DNA of 64,000 nt from Tepidisphaera sp. (GCA_050916045.1 CP051526.1:2432001-2496000); one strand, 5' to 3'; positions 38,523 through 49,920 are shown, counted from the first letter of the stretch. Notes: generated by a model from the sequence alone, not told the origin. A program made the numbers and translations.

Positions 38523-39878
38523 TCAGCGGCCGAGGAACTGCCTCAGACGGACCACCACGTTGGCGGTCTCCATCGTCTCCTGGCGGCCCGTCGTCAGGTC
38601 CTTGACGCTGCAGGTGGTGCCGGATTCGAGGATGATCGCAAAGCGGGCCCCGACGGAAGCCGCTTCCTGGAGCAGCTTGCCGACGTTTTTGGTCGTTTTG
38701 CCGGACCGGCGGGCGTGCAGGCCCGGGAACTGGCCGACGGTCCGCCTGAGCGCGGCGAGTACGGCGGGGAGCGCGAGGTCGGACTCGGGGGCACCGTTGC
38801 TGATGATGAAAGCGTCGGGCCGCAGGCCGGCTCGCTCGGCGAGCGCCTCGTCCGAGGGCATCAGGCCGTGGTCGCTCAGGACCAGCGAAAGCACGACGTC
38901 CCCCATGCCGAACCCGACCGCGGGGGTCGACGGACCGCCGAAGAGCTCGACGAGGTGGTCGTAGCGGCCGCCGCCGGCGATCGCACGCTCGGAGCCGGTG
39001 TTCTCGTGCACCTCGAAGACCATGCCGGTGTAGTACGCCAAGCCGCGGACGACGCGCAGGTCCAGAGGCGGCTGGCACCATTCGAGAAGGCCCATCCGCT
39101 GGAGGATGGTGAGCATCTCGCGGTGGCGTTCGATGGTGTCGAGCTTGATGCCGAAGGCTTCCGCGGAGAACTCGGAAGGGTCCTTGATCTCGCGGACGCG
39201 GATCAGCAGCGCGTTGAAAGCCTCTCGGACGTGCAGGGGAATGCCGCGATGCACGCAGAAGTCGGTGTTCTCCTGTTCGGAGCGTTTGGCTTCTCCGTCG
39301 AGGTAGGCGTACCAGCCGTCGAGGCGGTCGGCGGGGAGGCCGCAGTGCAGCGAGAGATCGCGGATGAGGTCGCGGTTGCTGGTGCGGACGCGGACGTGCT
39401 CAGGCGTGAGGCCGAGCTGTTCGAGGAGGCCGATGCATGCGGCGATGCACTCGGCGTCGGCTTGGGGCGAGGGGTCGCCGAGAATGTCGCAGTTCCACTG
39501 GAGGAACTCGCGAAGGCGGCCGCGCTGGGGGCGTTCGGCGCGAAACATTGGCCCGGCCATGAACCAGCGGGTCGGCTTGGGGAGGCTGCCGGCGCGGGCG
39601 GCGTAGAGGCGGGCGAGGGTCGGGGTGAACTCGGGCCTGAGGGCGAAGGTTTTTTCGCCGCCGAAGCGTTGGAAGGAGAAAAGCTCCGAGACGATCCCCT
39701 CGCCGGACTTGACGGTGTAGGTCTCGAGGTGTTCGAAGGTCGGGCCATCGATTTCCTCAAAGCCGTGGCGGATGGAGGCTGAGCGCCAGGCTTCCATGAT
39801 GTACCGCCGCCGGTTTGCGAGGGCGGGGTAGAAGTCGCGGGTGCCGGTGGGAGCTTGGAATGAGCTTGGAGAAGCCAT
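38523..39878 (-). CDS. hisS: Histidine--tRNA ligase
   Basis: GTRDFYP, LRPEFTP, FRAERPQRGRLREF.Q, VRGLAYYTG, GGGRYD, plus a C-terminal anticodon-binding domain. Confidence 0.96.
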   Translation of the reverse strand: MASPSSFQAPTGTRDFYPALANRRRYIMEAWRSASIRHGFEEIDGPTFEHLETYTVKSGEGIVSELFSFQRFGGEKTFALRPEFTPTLARLYAARAGSLPKPTRWFMAGPMFRAERPQRGRLREFLQWNCDILGDPSPQADAECIAACIGLLEQLGLTPEHVRVRTSNRDLIRDLSLHCGLPADRLDGWYAYLDGEAKRSEQENTDFCVHRGIPLHVREAFNALLIRVREIKDPSEFSAEAFGIKLDTIERHREMLTILQRMGLLEWCQPPLDLRVVRGLAYYTGMVFEVHENTGSERAIAGGGRYDHLVELFGGPSTPAVGFGMGDVVLSLVLSDHGLMPSDEALAERAGLRPDAFIISNGAPESDLALPAVLAALRRTVGQFPGLHARRSGKTTKNVGKLLQEAASVGARFAIILESGTTCSVKDLTTGRQETMETANVVVRLRQFLGR

Positions 39879-39908
39879 GGACCCACAGGTTAGGTCGGCG
39901 CGGCGGCA

Positions 39909-41102
39909 TCAGCAGGCGGTTTCGAACGCGACCACGAAGTCCGCGTAATCGAAGAAGTCGACGAAACCGTCCCCGTTGGCATCCGCAGTCCGGCCGGGGG
40001 GGCACGTGGAGGTCTCAAAGCACGTTACGTAGTCGGCATAGTCGAAGAAATCGACGAAACCATCCCCGTTAAAGTCCGCGACGCAGTCTCGAACAAGCGC
40101 GCGAGACCAGATCACCGCGCGGGAGCGGCCTGTCGCGACATCCGTCGCGTAGCCCCCGACGTAAAGCGTCGTCGCGTCCGACCAGACGCACGTGGCTTCG
40201 GAGTCGTTGGCCAAGCTTGGCGGCAAGTACAGCGAGAGGTTCTCGTACGTATCGGCAGATCCCCGCCACAAGGCCGCGGTCCTCACGATCGGATAGAAGA
40301 CATACCCGACCTGCACGCCGTTGTACACCGCGGCCACACTCGAGCTGCGAGCTTCACCGGGTGGGTGCAGATTGACCCAGCTCTGAGCGCTGCCGCGCCA
40401 AAGCGAAGCCAGCAAATCGCCGATTTGGGCCCACCCGACCTGTTGGTCGCCGTGGATGCCGGTGGCGACCGATTGTCTTGCGTCAGCCGGATTCAGATCG
40501 ATGCGTGATGCCGCCGACCCAGACCACAGGCTCGCACGCGAAACTCGACCGCCCAGAACGACGTAACCAACCTGGCGACCTTCGTGCACGCCGAAAGCGA
40601 CCGATTCGGTCGCGGCGACGGGAGCGAGGTTGACGACGGACGCCGCATTTCCGCTCCAAACCACAGCGGAGTACGTCGAGCGGCTTGCATCCAGCCGGAT
40701 CGTACCCACCTGTTGGGTCGCGCTCATGCCGAAGATCTTGCCCGAGCCTGATCCCGCCGGATTCAAGACTGTCCGCGCACGCGTCGTGGCGTTCCAGAGG
40801 CTCGCTTCGTCACGGCCGGAAGTCCGCACGTAGCCTCCCAATCGACCGCTGGCCACGCAGTGAACCTCACCCAGGCCAACCCCCCGCGTCAGATTCACCC
40901 AGGAATCCACCGACCCTCGCCACAGGCCTCCGGCGTTGAAGCCGCTATCGGATACGTTCCCGGTTTGCAGACCGGGCTCCCCGCCGGTCAAGGCTGAGGA
41001 CCTAATGTCGCCGTCGTTCGGGTGGAGAACCGTGACCGTCCATTGAGCGGACGCGGACGAAGCGACAACGAGCGAAACTCCGGCGAAGAACCCTGGTCGC
41101 AT
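39909..41102 (-). CDS. Secreted beta-propeller-like repeat protein with a double dockerin-like tail
   Basis: GGAGG SD; signal peptide ending ASAQ; repeats QVG...ASLWxGSAxSxVNLxP; ends FETAC. Confidence 0.88.
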   Translation of the reverse strand: MRPGFFAGVSLVVASSASAQWTVTVLHPNDGDIRSSALTGGEPGLQTGNVSDSGFNAGGLWRGSVDSWVNLTRGVGLGEVHCVASGRLGGYVRTSGRDEASLWNATTRARTVLNPAGSGSGKIFGMSATQQVGTIRLDASRSTYSAVVWSGNAASVVNLAPVAATESVAFGVHEGRQVGYVVLGGRVSRASLWSGSAASRIDLNPADARQSVATGIHGDQQVGWAQIGDLLASLWRGSAQSWVNLHPPGEARSSSVAAVYNGVQVGYVFYPIVRTAALWRGSADTYENLSLYLPPSLANDSEATCVWSDATTLYVGGYATDVATGRSRAVIWSRALVRDCVADFNGDGFVDFFDYADYVTCFETSTCPPGRTADANGDGFVDFFDYADFVVAFETAC

Positions 41103-41286
41103 AAGACCTCCGGGGAGGCATGGTACCGAGTACTGGCGGAATTCGCATTTCGCCGACCGCACCCGTCTTCCTGGAACAGAAACTGGACGCGGCCGGAACG
41201 CCCTGTGGCTCCACATTGGGGAGATTGGGGCCTATCCTTGCCTCCCTACGGCGTTTCATGCCCGTTCGGGAACGATTCGGCTCTGA

Positions 41287-42744
<1,458 letters not shown>

Positions 42745-42750
42745 GGCCCG

Positions 42751-42778
42751 ATTTGAGATTTCAAGTTTGAAATTTCAA
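42751..42778. repeat. AT-rich heptamer tandem repeat x4
   Basis: atttgag atttcaa gtttgaa atttcaa. Confidence 0.75.
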
Positions 42779-42790
42779 AGTGAAGAAGAA

Positions 42791-42829
42791 CCAACGAACC
42801 CCTCGCGCACGCGGGGGGTTTTTCGTTGG
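42791..42829 (+). terminator. Intrinsic terminator of atpD
   Basis: aacccctcgcg/cgcggggggtt stem followed by a T-run; outer ccaacgaa/ttcgttgg pairing. Confidence 0.8.
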
Positions 42830-42868
42830 AACGAGGATCACGATATCATCGGGGCGAACGGAGGATTC

Positions 42869-43393
42869 ATGGATTCCAACCCGAGCACCCCTTCCGCCGA
42901 CCAGGTCGTCAAGACCGCACCCATCCTCGTTCTCGGCCTTCTCATGGGTCTGATCTCCTTCGCGGGCCTCGGAGCCTTTATGGGGACGCAGAACCAGCCC
43001 GCGCCCGGCGGGCCACCCACGAACGCGACGGCGCCGGTCGATGACCAGTACCTCCTGCTCGGAATGGGCGTCATGCTTCTCATCGCCGTGCCGGCCCAGT
43101 TCATTCTCGCCAAACTCGCGGTCGGGCGAGCGAAAGCGGCGGCGGAGGAGTTCAAGACCGAGCAGGACAAACGGGGCGCGATCGCCGCCGTCTTCATGGT
43201 GACGACCATCACGCGAGCCGCGTTCGCCGAGGGCGCGGGCCTGCTCGGAGCGATGATCGTCTTTCTGACCGGCAATCTGCTCGGATTGGTCGGCGTCGCG
43301 ATCTCAGCCGTTCTGCTTGTGCTCCTGCTTCCCGCACGCTCGCGGTTTGACCGGTTGTACCACGAAGCCACCGAGACGCGTTTCGGTATGTGA
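42869..43393 (+). CDS. Hypothetical 4-TM membrane protein
   Basis: GGAGG SD; four hydrophobic segments, one containing AFAEGAGLLG. Confidence 0.75.
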   Translation: MDSNPSTPSADQVVKTAPILVLGLLMGLISFAGLGAFMGTQNQPAPGGPPTNATAPVDDQYLLLGMGVMLLIAVPAQFILAKLAVGRAKAAAEEFKTEQDKRGAIAAVFMVTTITRAAFAEGAGLLGAMIVFLTGNLLGLVGVAISAVLLVLLLPARSRFDRLYHEATETRFGM

Positions 43394-43406
43394 CGTATCG
43401 TCCGGG

Positions 43407-43988
43407 ATGCTCTCGCTTCACCCCACGCTCCTCGGCAAGCACGTGACGCTTAGGCCTCTGACGATGGACGACGCTCTGGCGTTGCACGCGATCACGCCGC
43501 CCGGGACGTTCCGGTTCTTCCTGAATTGGCCGCTGGGACCCTCTGCTGAGGACTTCGCCGAGTGGATGCAGCGGCGGCTCTTCGCGCCGGACCAGTCGCC
43601 CTTCGCGGTCATCCGCAACGCCGACGGCGCGGTCGTCGGTTCCAGCAGCTACCTCGACATCCAGCCCGCCCACAAGCACGTCGAGATCGGCTGCACGTGG
43701 TACGCGGCCGATGCCCGCGGCACGGCGGTCAACCCGGAGAGCAAGCTCCTGCTGCTCGACCACGCGTTCGGCCAGCTCGGCTGCGAGCGGGTGACACTCA
43801 AGTGCGATGGCCGCAACGAGCACAGCCAGCGGGCGATAGCCAAGCTCGGAGCGACGCGCGAGGGCGTCCTCCGCAAGCACCGCATCCAGCCCGACGGATT
43901 CGTGCGCGACACGGTCTACTTCAGCATCATCGCGAGCGAGTGGCCGAGCGTTCGGCCGGCGGTTCTCGAAAGAGTGGTCGCCCGCTGA
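43407..43988 (+). CDS. GNAT (RimJ/RimL-type) N-acetyltransferase
   Basis: VEIGCTWY...RGTAVNPESKLLLLDHAF...N.HSQRAIAKLGA.REGVLR...RDTVYFSI. Confidence 0.92.
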   Translation: MLSLHPTLLGKHVTLRPLTMDDALALHAITPPGTFRFFLNWPLGPSAEDFAEWMQRRLFAPDQSPFAVIRNADGAVVGSSSYLDIQPAHKHVEIGCTWYAADARGTAVNPESKLLLLDHAFGQLGCERVTLKCDGRNEHSQRAIAKLGATREGVLRKHRIQPDGFVRDTVYFSIIASEWPSVRPAVLERVVAR

Positions 43989-44742
43989 CGCCGGTCATCG
44001 CCGACTCGGCAAGGCCGCACTCGGGACACGACGCTGCGGCGTCAAGACCGGTCCTCGCGTACGCGCATCGAGTACACAACCCACGTCGGCGTCTCCACGC
44101 ACGCCGCGCCATTCCCGGCGCGTGCAACAGGCCGCGCCAAGCAACCCCCATCACCGCCGAAGAGGCCAGGAAGGGCAGCCAGATCGGTCGGAGCGGAAAC
44201 GGCGGAGGGAATGACGCCGCACTCGGGAGAATCGAAAAATCTCTTCGCGGCCCCAGCTTCGCAAGACGCCCGGAAAGATAAAGAGCCCCGCCCGCAAACA
44301 ACCCCTGGGGCCGACTGACGGGAGCCTCCGACCACATCGTCGGCACGGGCCAGCCCCGCGCGATCATCATGTTCGAGCCGACACGCTCGGTGGTGGCGCG
44401 ACCGGCGTCATCCCAGAATCTCGCGTACCCGCGCACCCACGACGGCGGCCGGAGATCACCACGGGAGACGAAGCTCGCCGGCAGCCGGTCGCGTTGCAAC
44501 ACGGTCACGGTCCAAAGCTCGGTCCCCGGAAACTCGGCTCGCTCCACGGAGACGACACCGCCTTCGTACTTCGGCCCACCGGCCCCGGCGGGGATCGGGG
44601 TCACAAGCCGGGGGGAGTCCGAACCGCTCAGGTACGGAGCCGCCAGCCTCAGCTCTGTCCACGCGAACGCCCACGCGATTCCGACCGTCGTAAGGACGCC
44701 GAGCAGCAGAGCCGCGACCCAGACCATGAAAGCACGGTGCAT
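43927..44742 (-). CDS. Membrane protein with a C-terminal zinc ribbon
   Basis: N-terminal TM helix, GWP motif, PLRPIW + TM helix, RRRRGLCTRCAY...CPECG. The 3' end overlaps the GNAT gene. Confidence 0.8.
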   Translation of the reverse strand: MHRAFMVWVAALLLGVLTTVGIAWAFAWTELRLAAPYLSGSDSPRLVTPIPAGAGGPKYEGGVVSVERAEFPGTELWTVTVLQRDRLPASFVSRGDLRPPSWVRGYARFWDDAGRATTERVGSNMMIARGWPVPTMWSEAPVSRPQGLFAGGALYLSGRLAKLGPRRDFSILPSAASFPPPFPLRPIWLPFLASSAVMGVAWRGLLHAPGMARRAWRRRRGLCTRCAYARTGLDAAASCPECGLAESAMTGVSGRPLFREPPAERSATRSR

Positions 44743-44798
44743 TCGATGACGATACCGCCCGCGGCCGCTGCGGTTTCGAGGAGGATCGGACGAGCCCG

Positions 44799-46247
44799 TC
44801 ATCGCCTCGGGTTTCGCGGCGTGCCATTGCGGATGCTTCGCGGGGGCTTGAGGGGAAACGGGCCGGGCTTGGAAGCGGCGCCGCCCGAGGGGGACGCGGG
44901 GGTCGTTGGCTCGGGGCTTTCAACCTCCTGGGCCGGCGTCGGCGAAAGCTCGGGAGACGGCTCAGACTGAACGGCCGGCTCGTCCGGCGTGTCCACGACC
45001 GGCGGGGTCAGGATGACCGGCGCAGAGGCGGCGAAGATTGGGGCGAGAACGGCTTCCTTGTGCTCATGGGTGACCGGCACGCGATCGGCCGCAGGGGGCG
45101 CGGGCTGGAGCGTGGTCGGAGCGGGTTGAGCGAGCGGCTTGGGTGCGGCCGCCGTCGGGCCGCTGGCCGTGTGGGCTTTCGCAAAGATCATGCGTCCGGC
45201 GTTGGTCTGAAGCGTCGAAGTGACGACGGCGTCGACATCCTGGCCGATGAAGTCTCCGGCGTGGTCCACCACGACCATCGTGCCGTCGTCGAGGTACCCC
45301 ACCGCTTGGCCTTCGTGCTCACCGTGACGCATCATGCGAACGCGGAGCGGCTCACCGGCGATCACCTGCGGGCGCATGGCGGCCGCGACATCGTGGAGGT
45401 TCAGCGAGGGGATCTTCTGGATGTCCGCGACGCGTGCGAGGCCCGAGTCGGTCGTGACGATGACGCCGGGCATGGAGCGGGCGAGCTCCAGGAGCATCTG
45501 ATCCACGGGCATCTTGGGCAGGTTCGTATCGTCGATCATCACATCGATCGCGGCCGCCGACTGGAGCTTTTCGATCATCGCCAAGCCGCGCCGACCGCGA
45601 CCGCGTTTGAGGCGGTCGGAGCTATCCGCCAAGGTCTGAAGCTCCTCCACGACGAACCTCGGCACGACGAGCGGCGAAGCGATGATGCCCGTCTGGGCGA
45701 GATCAAGCACACGGCCGTCGATGAGCGCGGAACTGTCGAGGACCATCGGCCGCGGCCCGCGGATCTGCTTGACGAACTCGACGTACGGGATCACCAGCCG
45801 GAAATCGTCCTGCGTCTGAAGCACCGTCGCAACGGCCAGATACGCGAGCCCGATGCCGATCAGGACCTTGAGCAGCGAGATCAGCGACTTGTCCTCGATC
45901 GCGTACGACGCCCAGAACAGGTCCAGCACCTGCCCCACCGCCAAAGTCCCGATGATCGCCCCTAGAAGCCCCAGGAAGATCGAGAAAAGTGTCGAGACCT
46001 TCTTCCGCGGCGTCAGCACGTCCGCGAAGACGACGATGATCGCCAGCGCCGCCGAGATCGCGACCGTCGTCGGCCACGCGAAGACGCGGGCGGTGTCGAG
46101 CGGGTTGCGTTTGTTGTAGCTCAGGATGTCCAGCAGCGTCACCGTGACGAAGAGGACCAGGAAGGTGACGCGAACGACCTTGAGCAGCACGCTCCGCGTG
46201 CGGTCTTCCTCGGCACGGACGTTGACGATGGGGTCGCGCTCGGTCAC
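44799..46247 (-). CDS. PIN/TRAM domain membrane protein (YacL-like)
   Basis: LDSSALIDGR, RGRRGL, GQAVGYLDDGTMVVV, LQTNAGRMIFA; Pro-rich tail. Confidence 0.92.
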   Translation of the reverse strand: MTERDPIVNVRAEEDRTRSVLLKVVRVTFLVLFVTVTLLDILSYNKRNPLDTARVFAWPTTVAISAALAIIVVFADVLTPRKKVSTLFSIFLGLLGAIIGTLAVGQVLDLFWASYAIEDKSLISLLKVLIGIGLAYLAVATVLQTQDDFRLVIPYVEFVKQIRGPRPMVLDSSALIDGRVLDLAQTGIIASPLVVPRFVVEELQTLADSSDRLKRGRGRRGLAMIEKLQSAAAIDVMIDDTNLPKMPVDQMLLELARSMPGVIVTTDSGLARVADIQKIPSLNLHDVAAAMRPQVIAGEPLRVRMMRHGEHEGQAVGYLDDGTMVVVDHAGDFIGQDVDAVVTSTLQTNAGRMIFAKAHTASGPTAAAPKPLAQPAPTTLQPAPPAADRVPVTHEHKEAVLAPIFAASAPVILTPPVVDTPDEPAVQSEPSPELSPTPAQEVESPEPTTPASPSGGAASKPGPFPLKPPRSIRNGTPRNPRR

Positions 46248-46251
46248 GCCG

Positions 46252-47511
46252 TCATTGTAGGGGCTGAGCGCCCGGGCGCAAACCGAGGACCTCTTCCAGC
46301 GCGTCCGCGGCCCGGGCCGAAGCGTTTCCGGACGACATCGGCGCGACGACCTGCCTCAGATCCGCCCGCTGACGCTCCATCGCTTCGGGAGATCGGAGAA
46401 GCCGCGCCGCTTCGGCGACCAGCCGGGCCGGGCCGCCGAAATACGGCATCAGCTCGGGGACGATCGTGCGGCGGGCGAGGATGTTGGGCAGGGCGAGCTG
46501 CTTGGTCGCGAGCACGGCCCGGACGAGAATGTTGAAGATTCGCCCGCCCTTTCGGTAGAAGACGACCATCGGCTTGTGCTGACGGGCGACCTGGAGGGTG
46601 GTGGTGCCGCTTTTGACGATGGCGAGGTCGCACCAGCGGATGACGGCTTCGCTTTCCCCCACCACGATGCGGAGATCGTCGGGCCAGCCGCGCTGATCGC
46701 GTTCGGACGCGGCGAGCTCGCGCATGACGCGCTCGGCTTCCGGGTTGGTGGCGGCGACGACACCGGCAGCGCCCGCCCACATGGACTTGAGCTCGCGGAA
46801 CGCGCCGAGCGTGAGCAGGAAGTGCTTGCGGAGCTCTTCGGGTCGTGAGCCGGGGAAGAGAGCGATCTTGGGTTCGCCGCGCGGGAAATCGGCGGCTTTC
46901 GCGTCCAGAGCGACGGGATCGATCGGGTGGTCGAAGAACGGATGGCCGATGAACCGAGCGGGGATGCCGCGGCGGCTGAAGAAGCGGATCTCAAAGTCGA
47001 ACAGGCAGAGCAGGAGGTCGGTCCGGCGGCGGAGCTTGGCGACGCGCCACCGCCCCCACGCCCAGACCTGCGGCGCGACCAGATGCACCACGCCCAACCC
47101 GTGCTTGCGCGAGAGGTCGCAGATCGAATCGTTGGCGCCGGGAGAGTCGACGGGCACGTGGACCATTCGGGGGGCGCCCGGGCCGCGCTGAGCGATGGCT
47201 TCGGCCATCCACTGGTCGATCCGTCCGAGGACCTTCAGGTGTTCGCGGATACGGGCGAGGCCCGGAATGCCCATGACACCCTCGTCGATGGTCCGTTCGA
47301 TGAGTTCGGCTCCCGCCGCGGCCATCTTGGGCCCACCCCACGCGACGATCCGGAGCGTCGCAGGGTCCGGGTGCCGGCGGCGAAGCTCGCGGATCACCCG
47401 CGAAGCATGCTCATCCCCGCTGGGCTCAAACGCGGTAAAGAGGAGCAGCCGTGGCGCACCATCGCCCTGAGCGGGCGTCTGACGGTCGTCGGCATTGGGC
47501 TGATCCGGCAC
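46252..47511 (-). CDS. lpxB: Lipid-A-disaccharide synthase
   Basis: EPSGD, GGPKM, VDSPG.N, APQVWAW, FIGHP, FPGSRPEE, SGTTTL, LPNIL. Confidence 0.9.
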   Translation of the reverse strand: MPDQPNADDRQTPAQGDGAPRLLLFTAFEPSGDEHASRVIRELRRRHPDPATLRIVAWGGPKMAAAGAELIERTIDEGVMGIPGLARIREHLKVLGRIDQWMAEAIAQRGPGAPRMVHVPVDSPGANDSICDLSRKHGLGVVHLVAPQVWAWGRWRVAKLRRRTDLLLCLFDFEIRFFSRRGIPARFIGHPFFDHPIDPVALDAKAADFPRGEPKIALFPGSRPEELRKHFLLTLGAFRELKSMWAGAAGVVAATNPEAERVMRELAASERDQRGWPDDLRIVVGESEAVIRWCDLAIVKSGTTTLQVARQHKPMVVFYRKGGRIFNILVRAVLATKQLALPNILARRTIVPELMPYFGGPARLVAEAARLLRSPEAMERQRADLRQVVAPMSSGNASARAADALEEVLGLRPGAQPLQ

Positions 47512-47550
47512 GGGTTCATTGTTGGCCGGTCACGCGGCGAGAAAAGGGGC

Positions 47551-48267
47551 TCACTTGACGGCGACGCGAGAAGCCGCCACGACCAGCCCGTCCTCGATCC
47601 GCACCGTCCGCTGGGCCCGGGCCGCCGTCGCGTCGTCGTGCGTCACCACCACGATCGACTGCCCCGACTGGTGGAGCCCGGTGAGCAGGTCGAGAATGCT
47701 CGCGCCCGTCACCCGGTCCAGATTGCCCGTGGGTTCGTCCGCCAGAAGCAGCTTGGGCTGGTTGATCAAAGCCCGGGCGATCGCCACCCGCTGCCTTTCG
47801 CCGCCGGAAAGCTCCGCCGGCCGATGCCCGATGCGGTGGCCCAAGCCGACCCGCTTGAGGAGCTCGCCCGCACGGTCGAGAATCTCCCGCCGCTTGCCCA
47901 GAAACGCCACTCGGCCGTGCTGCACCATCGCCGGAAGGATGACGTTCTCCGTGACCGTGAGCTCCGGAAGCAGGTGGTAGAACTGAAACACGAATCCGAC
48001 ATCGCGCGTCCGGTAGGTGTCGAGCACGCCCGCTCGCTGCCCCACGAGCTCATTCCCCATGTAGCGGATGCTCGTGTCCGGGCTCTTGTCCGGCCGGTCG
48101 AGCGCCCCGAGCAGGTGCAGCAGCGTGCTCTTGCCCGAGCCGGACGCTCCGAGCACCGCGAGAAACTCCCCCTCGCTCACCGAGAGGTCCACGCCGCGAA
48201 GAACCGGCACCTTCGTCTTGCCGAGCGTGTAGGTCTTGCGGAGGTTGGAAGCCTGGATGATCGTCAT
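47551..48267 (-). CDS. lolD: Lipoprotein-release ABC transporter ATP-binding protein
   Basis: GASGSGKST, GFVFQFYHLLPE, LSGGERQR, ADEPTGNLD. Confidence 0.88.
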   Translation of the reverse strand: MTIIQASNLRKTYTLGKTKVPVLRGVDLSVSEGEFLAVLGASGSGKSTLLHLLGALDRPDKSPDTSIRYMGNELVGQRAGVLDTYRTRDVGFVFQFYHLLPELTVTENVILPAMVQHGRVAFLGKRREILDRAGELLKRVGLGHRIGHRPAELSGGERQRVAIARALINQPKLLLADEPTGNLDRVTGASILDLLTGLHQSGQSIVVVTHDDATAARAQRTVRIEDGLVVAASRVAVK

Positions 48268-48306
48268 GGCTTTGTGGTTGGTCCTAGGAGAACGGGGCCG
48301 AACGAA

Positions 48307-49881
48307 TCACTCAAACCGCAGGGCGCGAACCGGGTCCATCCACGCGGCACGGATAGCCGGGATGAACGCGCCGATCCCCGACGCGAGCACGCCGCAGACC
48401 ATCACGACCGTCGCATCCACCCACTTGAACTTCGCCGGGATCTCCGTGAAGTAGTACACGCGCGGGTCCCAGACGTACAGATCAAGGGCTCTCCCGAGCC
48501 ACTCGTGGATCTCGTTGATGTTCGTCACGATCAGGTACGAAGCGATCCCGCCCCCGATCGCTCCGACCACGCCGATCGCCAAGCCGTACCGCACCCAGAC
48601 CCACGCGACGCCCATCCGCGACGCTCCCACCGCCCGCAGGATGCCGATGTCCTTGGTCTTCTCCGCGACCATCGACCAGAAGATCGCAAGCACCAGGAAG
48701 ATCGCGACGATCGAGATGATGCCAAAGAGGAACAGAATGAGGCCGAGTTCCTTCTCAACCGCCGCGATCATCGTCCGGTTCTTGTCGCGGTACGACGAGA
48801 TGTTGAGCAAGCCGCCGCGGGTCGCATCCGGGAAGTCCTTCTCGAACTGCACCACCACTTCGGCAAGCCGCTTCTTGAACGCTTCGACCTTCTTCGCGTC
48901 GCTCACGTCCGTCTTCGCCCTGACGAACACCGTGGTGACGCGGGCGGGCGAGCGGCCGATTACTTTCGGCTCGGCGAACCGCTCCCTGCCATCGGGCCCG
49001 ATCTCGATCGTCCCCGGCGGCGGCACCGACGTCACCGCCGCGACTTCCTCCATCCGCAAAGCCCGCTGCAACGCGTCAAGCCGGAGCAGCACCGTCTTGC
49101 TATCAACCTCATAGACCCCGCTCTGAAATTCATTCGCCACGGCAAAGTCAAACCGCCGCGTCTCGCCGCCAAGCGGGGCTCCGGACGCATCCATCGGCAG
49201 CACGTGAAGCGAGATCTTGTTGCCCATCGGAAGCAGGTCGTACTGGTTCTGCCCCAGCCGCGAATAGGCTGCCGAAGATCCGTGCCCGTACCGCGGGAGG
49301 TAGATTCCCTCCGGCCGACGCTGGTTGTACCCCGTCACCTCGATGCCGATCACCGCTCCCGCCGTCCGCTCACCAGTGAGCGAATCGGTCACCGTGAGCT
49401 CCTCGCCGTTCTTGAGCGTCTCCGCGTAGAAAGCGCTGGCCTGAGCGTCAAGCCGCGGATCCAGCCGCCCGACATCCTTCCGAAGCGGGGCATCCAGCGG
49501 ACGCCACCAAAGCGTGGAATCAAACGCCGACACCTTCGAGAAACTCTTCCCCTCGATCCCCCGGAGCACGACCAGGTCCCGCCGGCTTCCCGGAAGCACC
49601 ATCAAAGCCTGCGTCACGATCGCCGGGGCCGTCGCTTCAACCTCCGGCAGCTGCTCAAGCCGCTTCTGAAGCTCCGCGTAGTGCGGGAACCCGGCTCCCG
49701 GCACCTCGATCTGCACATCGCCCGAAATCGTCCGCGTCGAACTGATCAGGTGCGTCAGAAACCCGCCCATCACCGACCACACCAAGACCACCATCCCGGT
49801 GCACATCAGCACCGCGACGGACGCCAGAAGCGGCATGATCTTGCTGGTCAGGTAGCGGCGGGTCAGAAGGCTGTGGTACAC
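48307..49881 (-). CDS. LolC/E family ABC permease
   Basis: LTRRYL...SVMGGF, VAEKTKDIGILRAVGAS, VYYFTEIP, PAIRAAWMDPVRALRFE. Start set at GTG 49881. Confidence 0.9.
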   Translation of the reverse strand: MYHSLLTRRYLTSKIMPLLASVAVLMCTGMVVLVWSVMGGFLTHLISSTRTISGDVQIEVPGAGFPHYAELQKRLEQLPEVEATAPAIVTQALMVLPGSRRDLVVLRGIEGKSFSKVSAFDSTLWWRPLDAPLRKDVGRLDPRLDAQASAFYAETLKNGEELTVTDSLTGERTAGAVIGIEVTGYNQRRPEGIYLPRYGHGSSAAYSRLGQNQYDLLPMGNKISLHVLPMDASGAPLGGETRRFDFAVANEFQSGVYEVDSKTVLLRLDALQRALRMEEVAAVTSVPPPGTIEIGPDGRERFAEPKVIGRSPARVTTVFVRAKTDVSDAKKVEAFKKRLAEVVVQFEKDFPDATRGGLLNISSYRDKNRTMIAAVEKELGLILFLFGIISIVAIFLVLAIFWSMVAEKTKDIGILRAVGASRMGVAWVWVRYGLAIGVVGAIGGGIASYLIVTNINEIHEWLGRALDLYVWDPRVYYFTEIPAKFKWVDATVVMVCGVLASGIGAFIPAIRAAWMDPVRALRFE

Positions 49882-49920
49882 GGGCGTCAGTGTAGCGCGG
49901 GGAGGCACTAGGATGCGCCC
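49882..49920. promoter_or_regulatory. Back-to-back -10 boxes (bidirectional leaderless promoter candidate)
   Basis: TACACT on the - strand (49889-49894) and TAGGAT on the + strand (49909-49914), 7 and 6 nt from divergent GTG starts. Confidence 0.65.

Noticed and set aside
38523..39878. HisZ rather than HisS
   Set aside because: Motif 2 and 3 residues and a C-terminal anticodon-binding domain are present, which supports hisS.
46927..49911. 994-aa + strand ORF, and similar long ORFs such as 11859-14516(-), 36686-38476(+), 41002-42573(-) and 61579-63357(-)
   Set aside because: These are antisense shadows of well-supported genes, expected in high-GC DNA, and they show no recognisable motifs.
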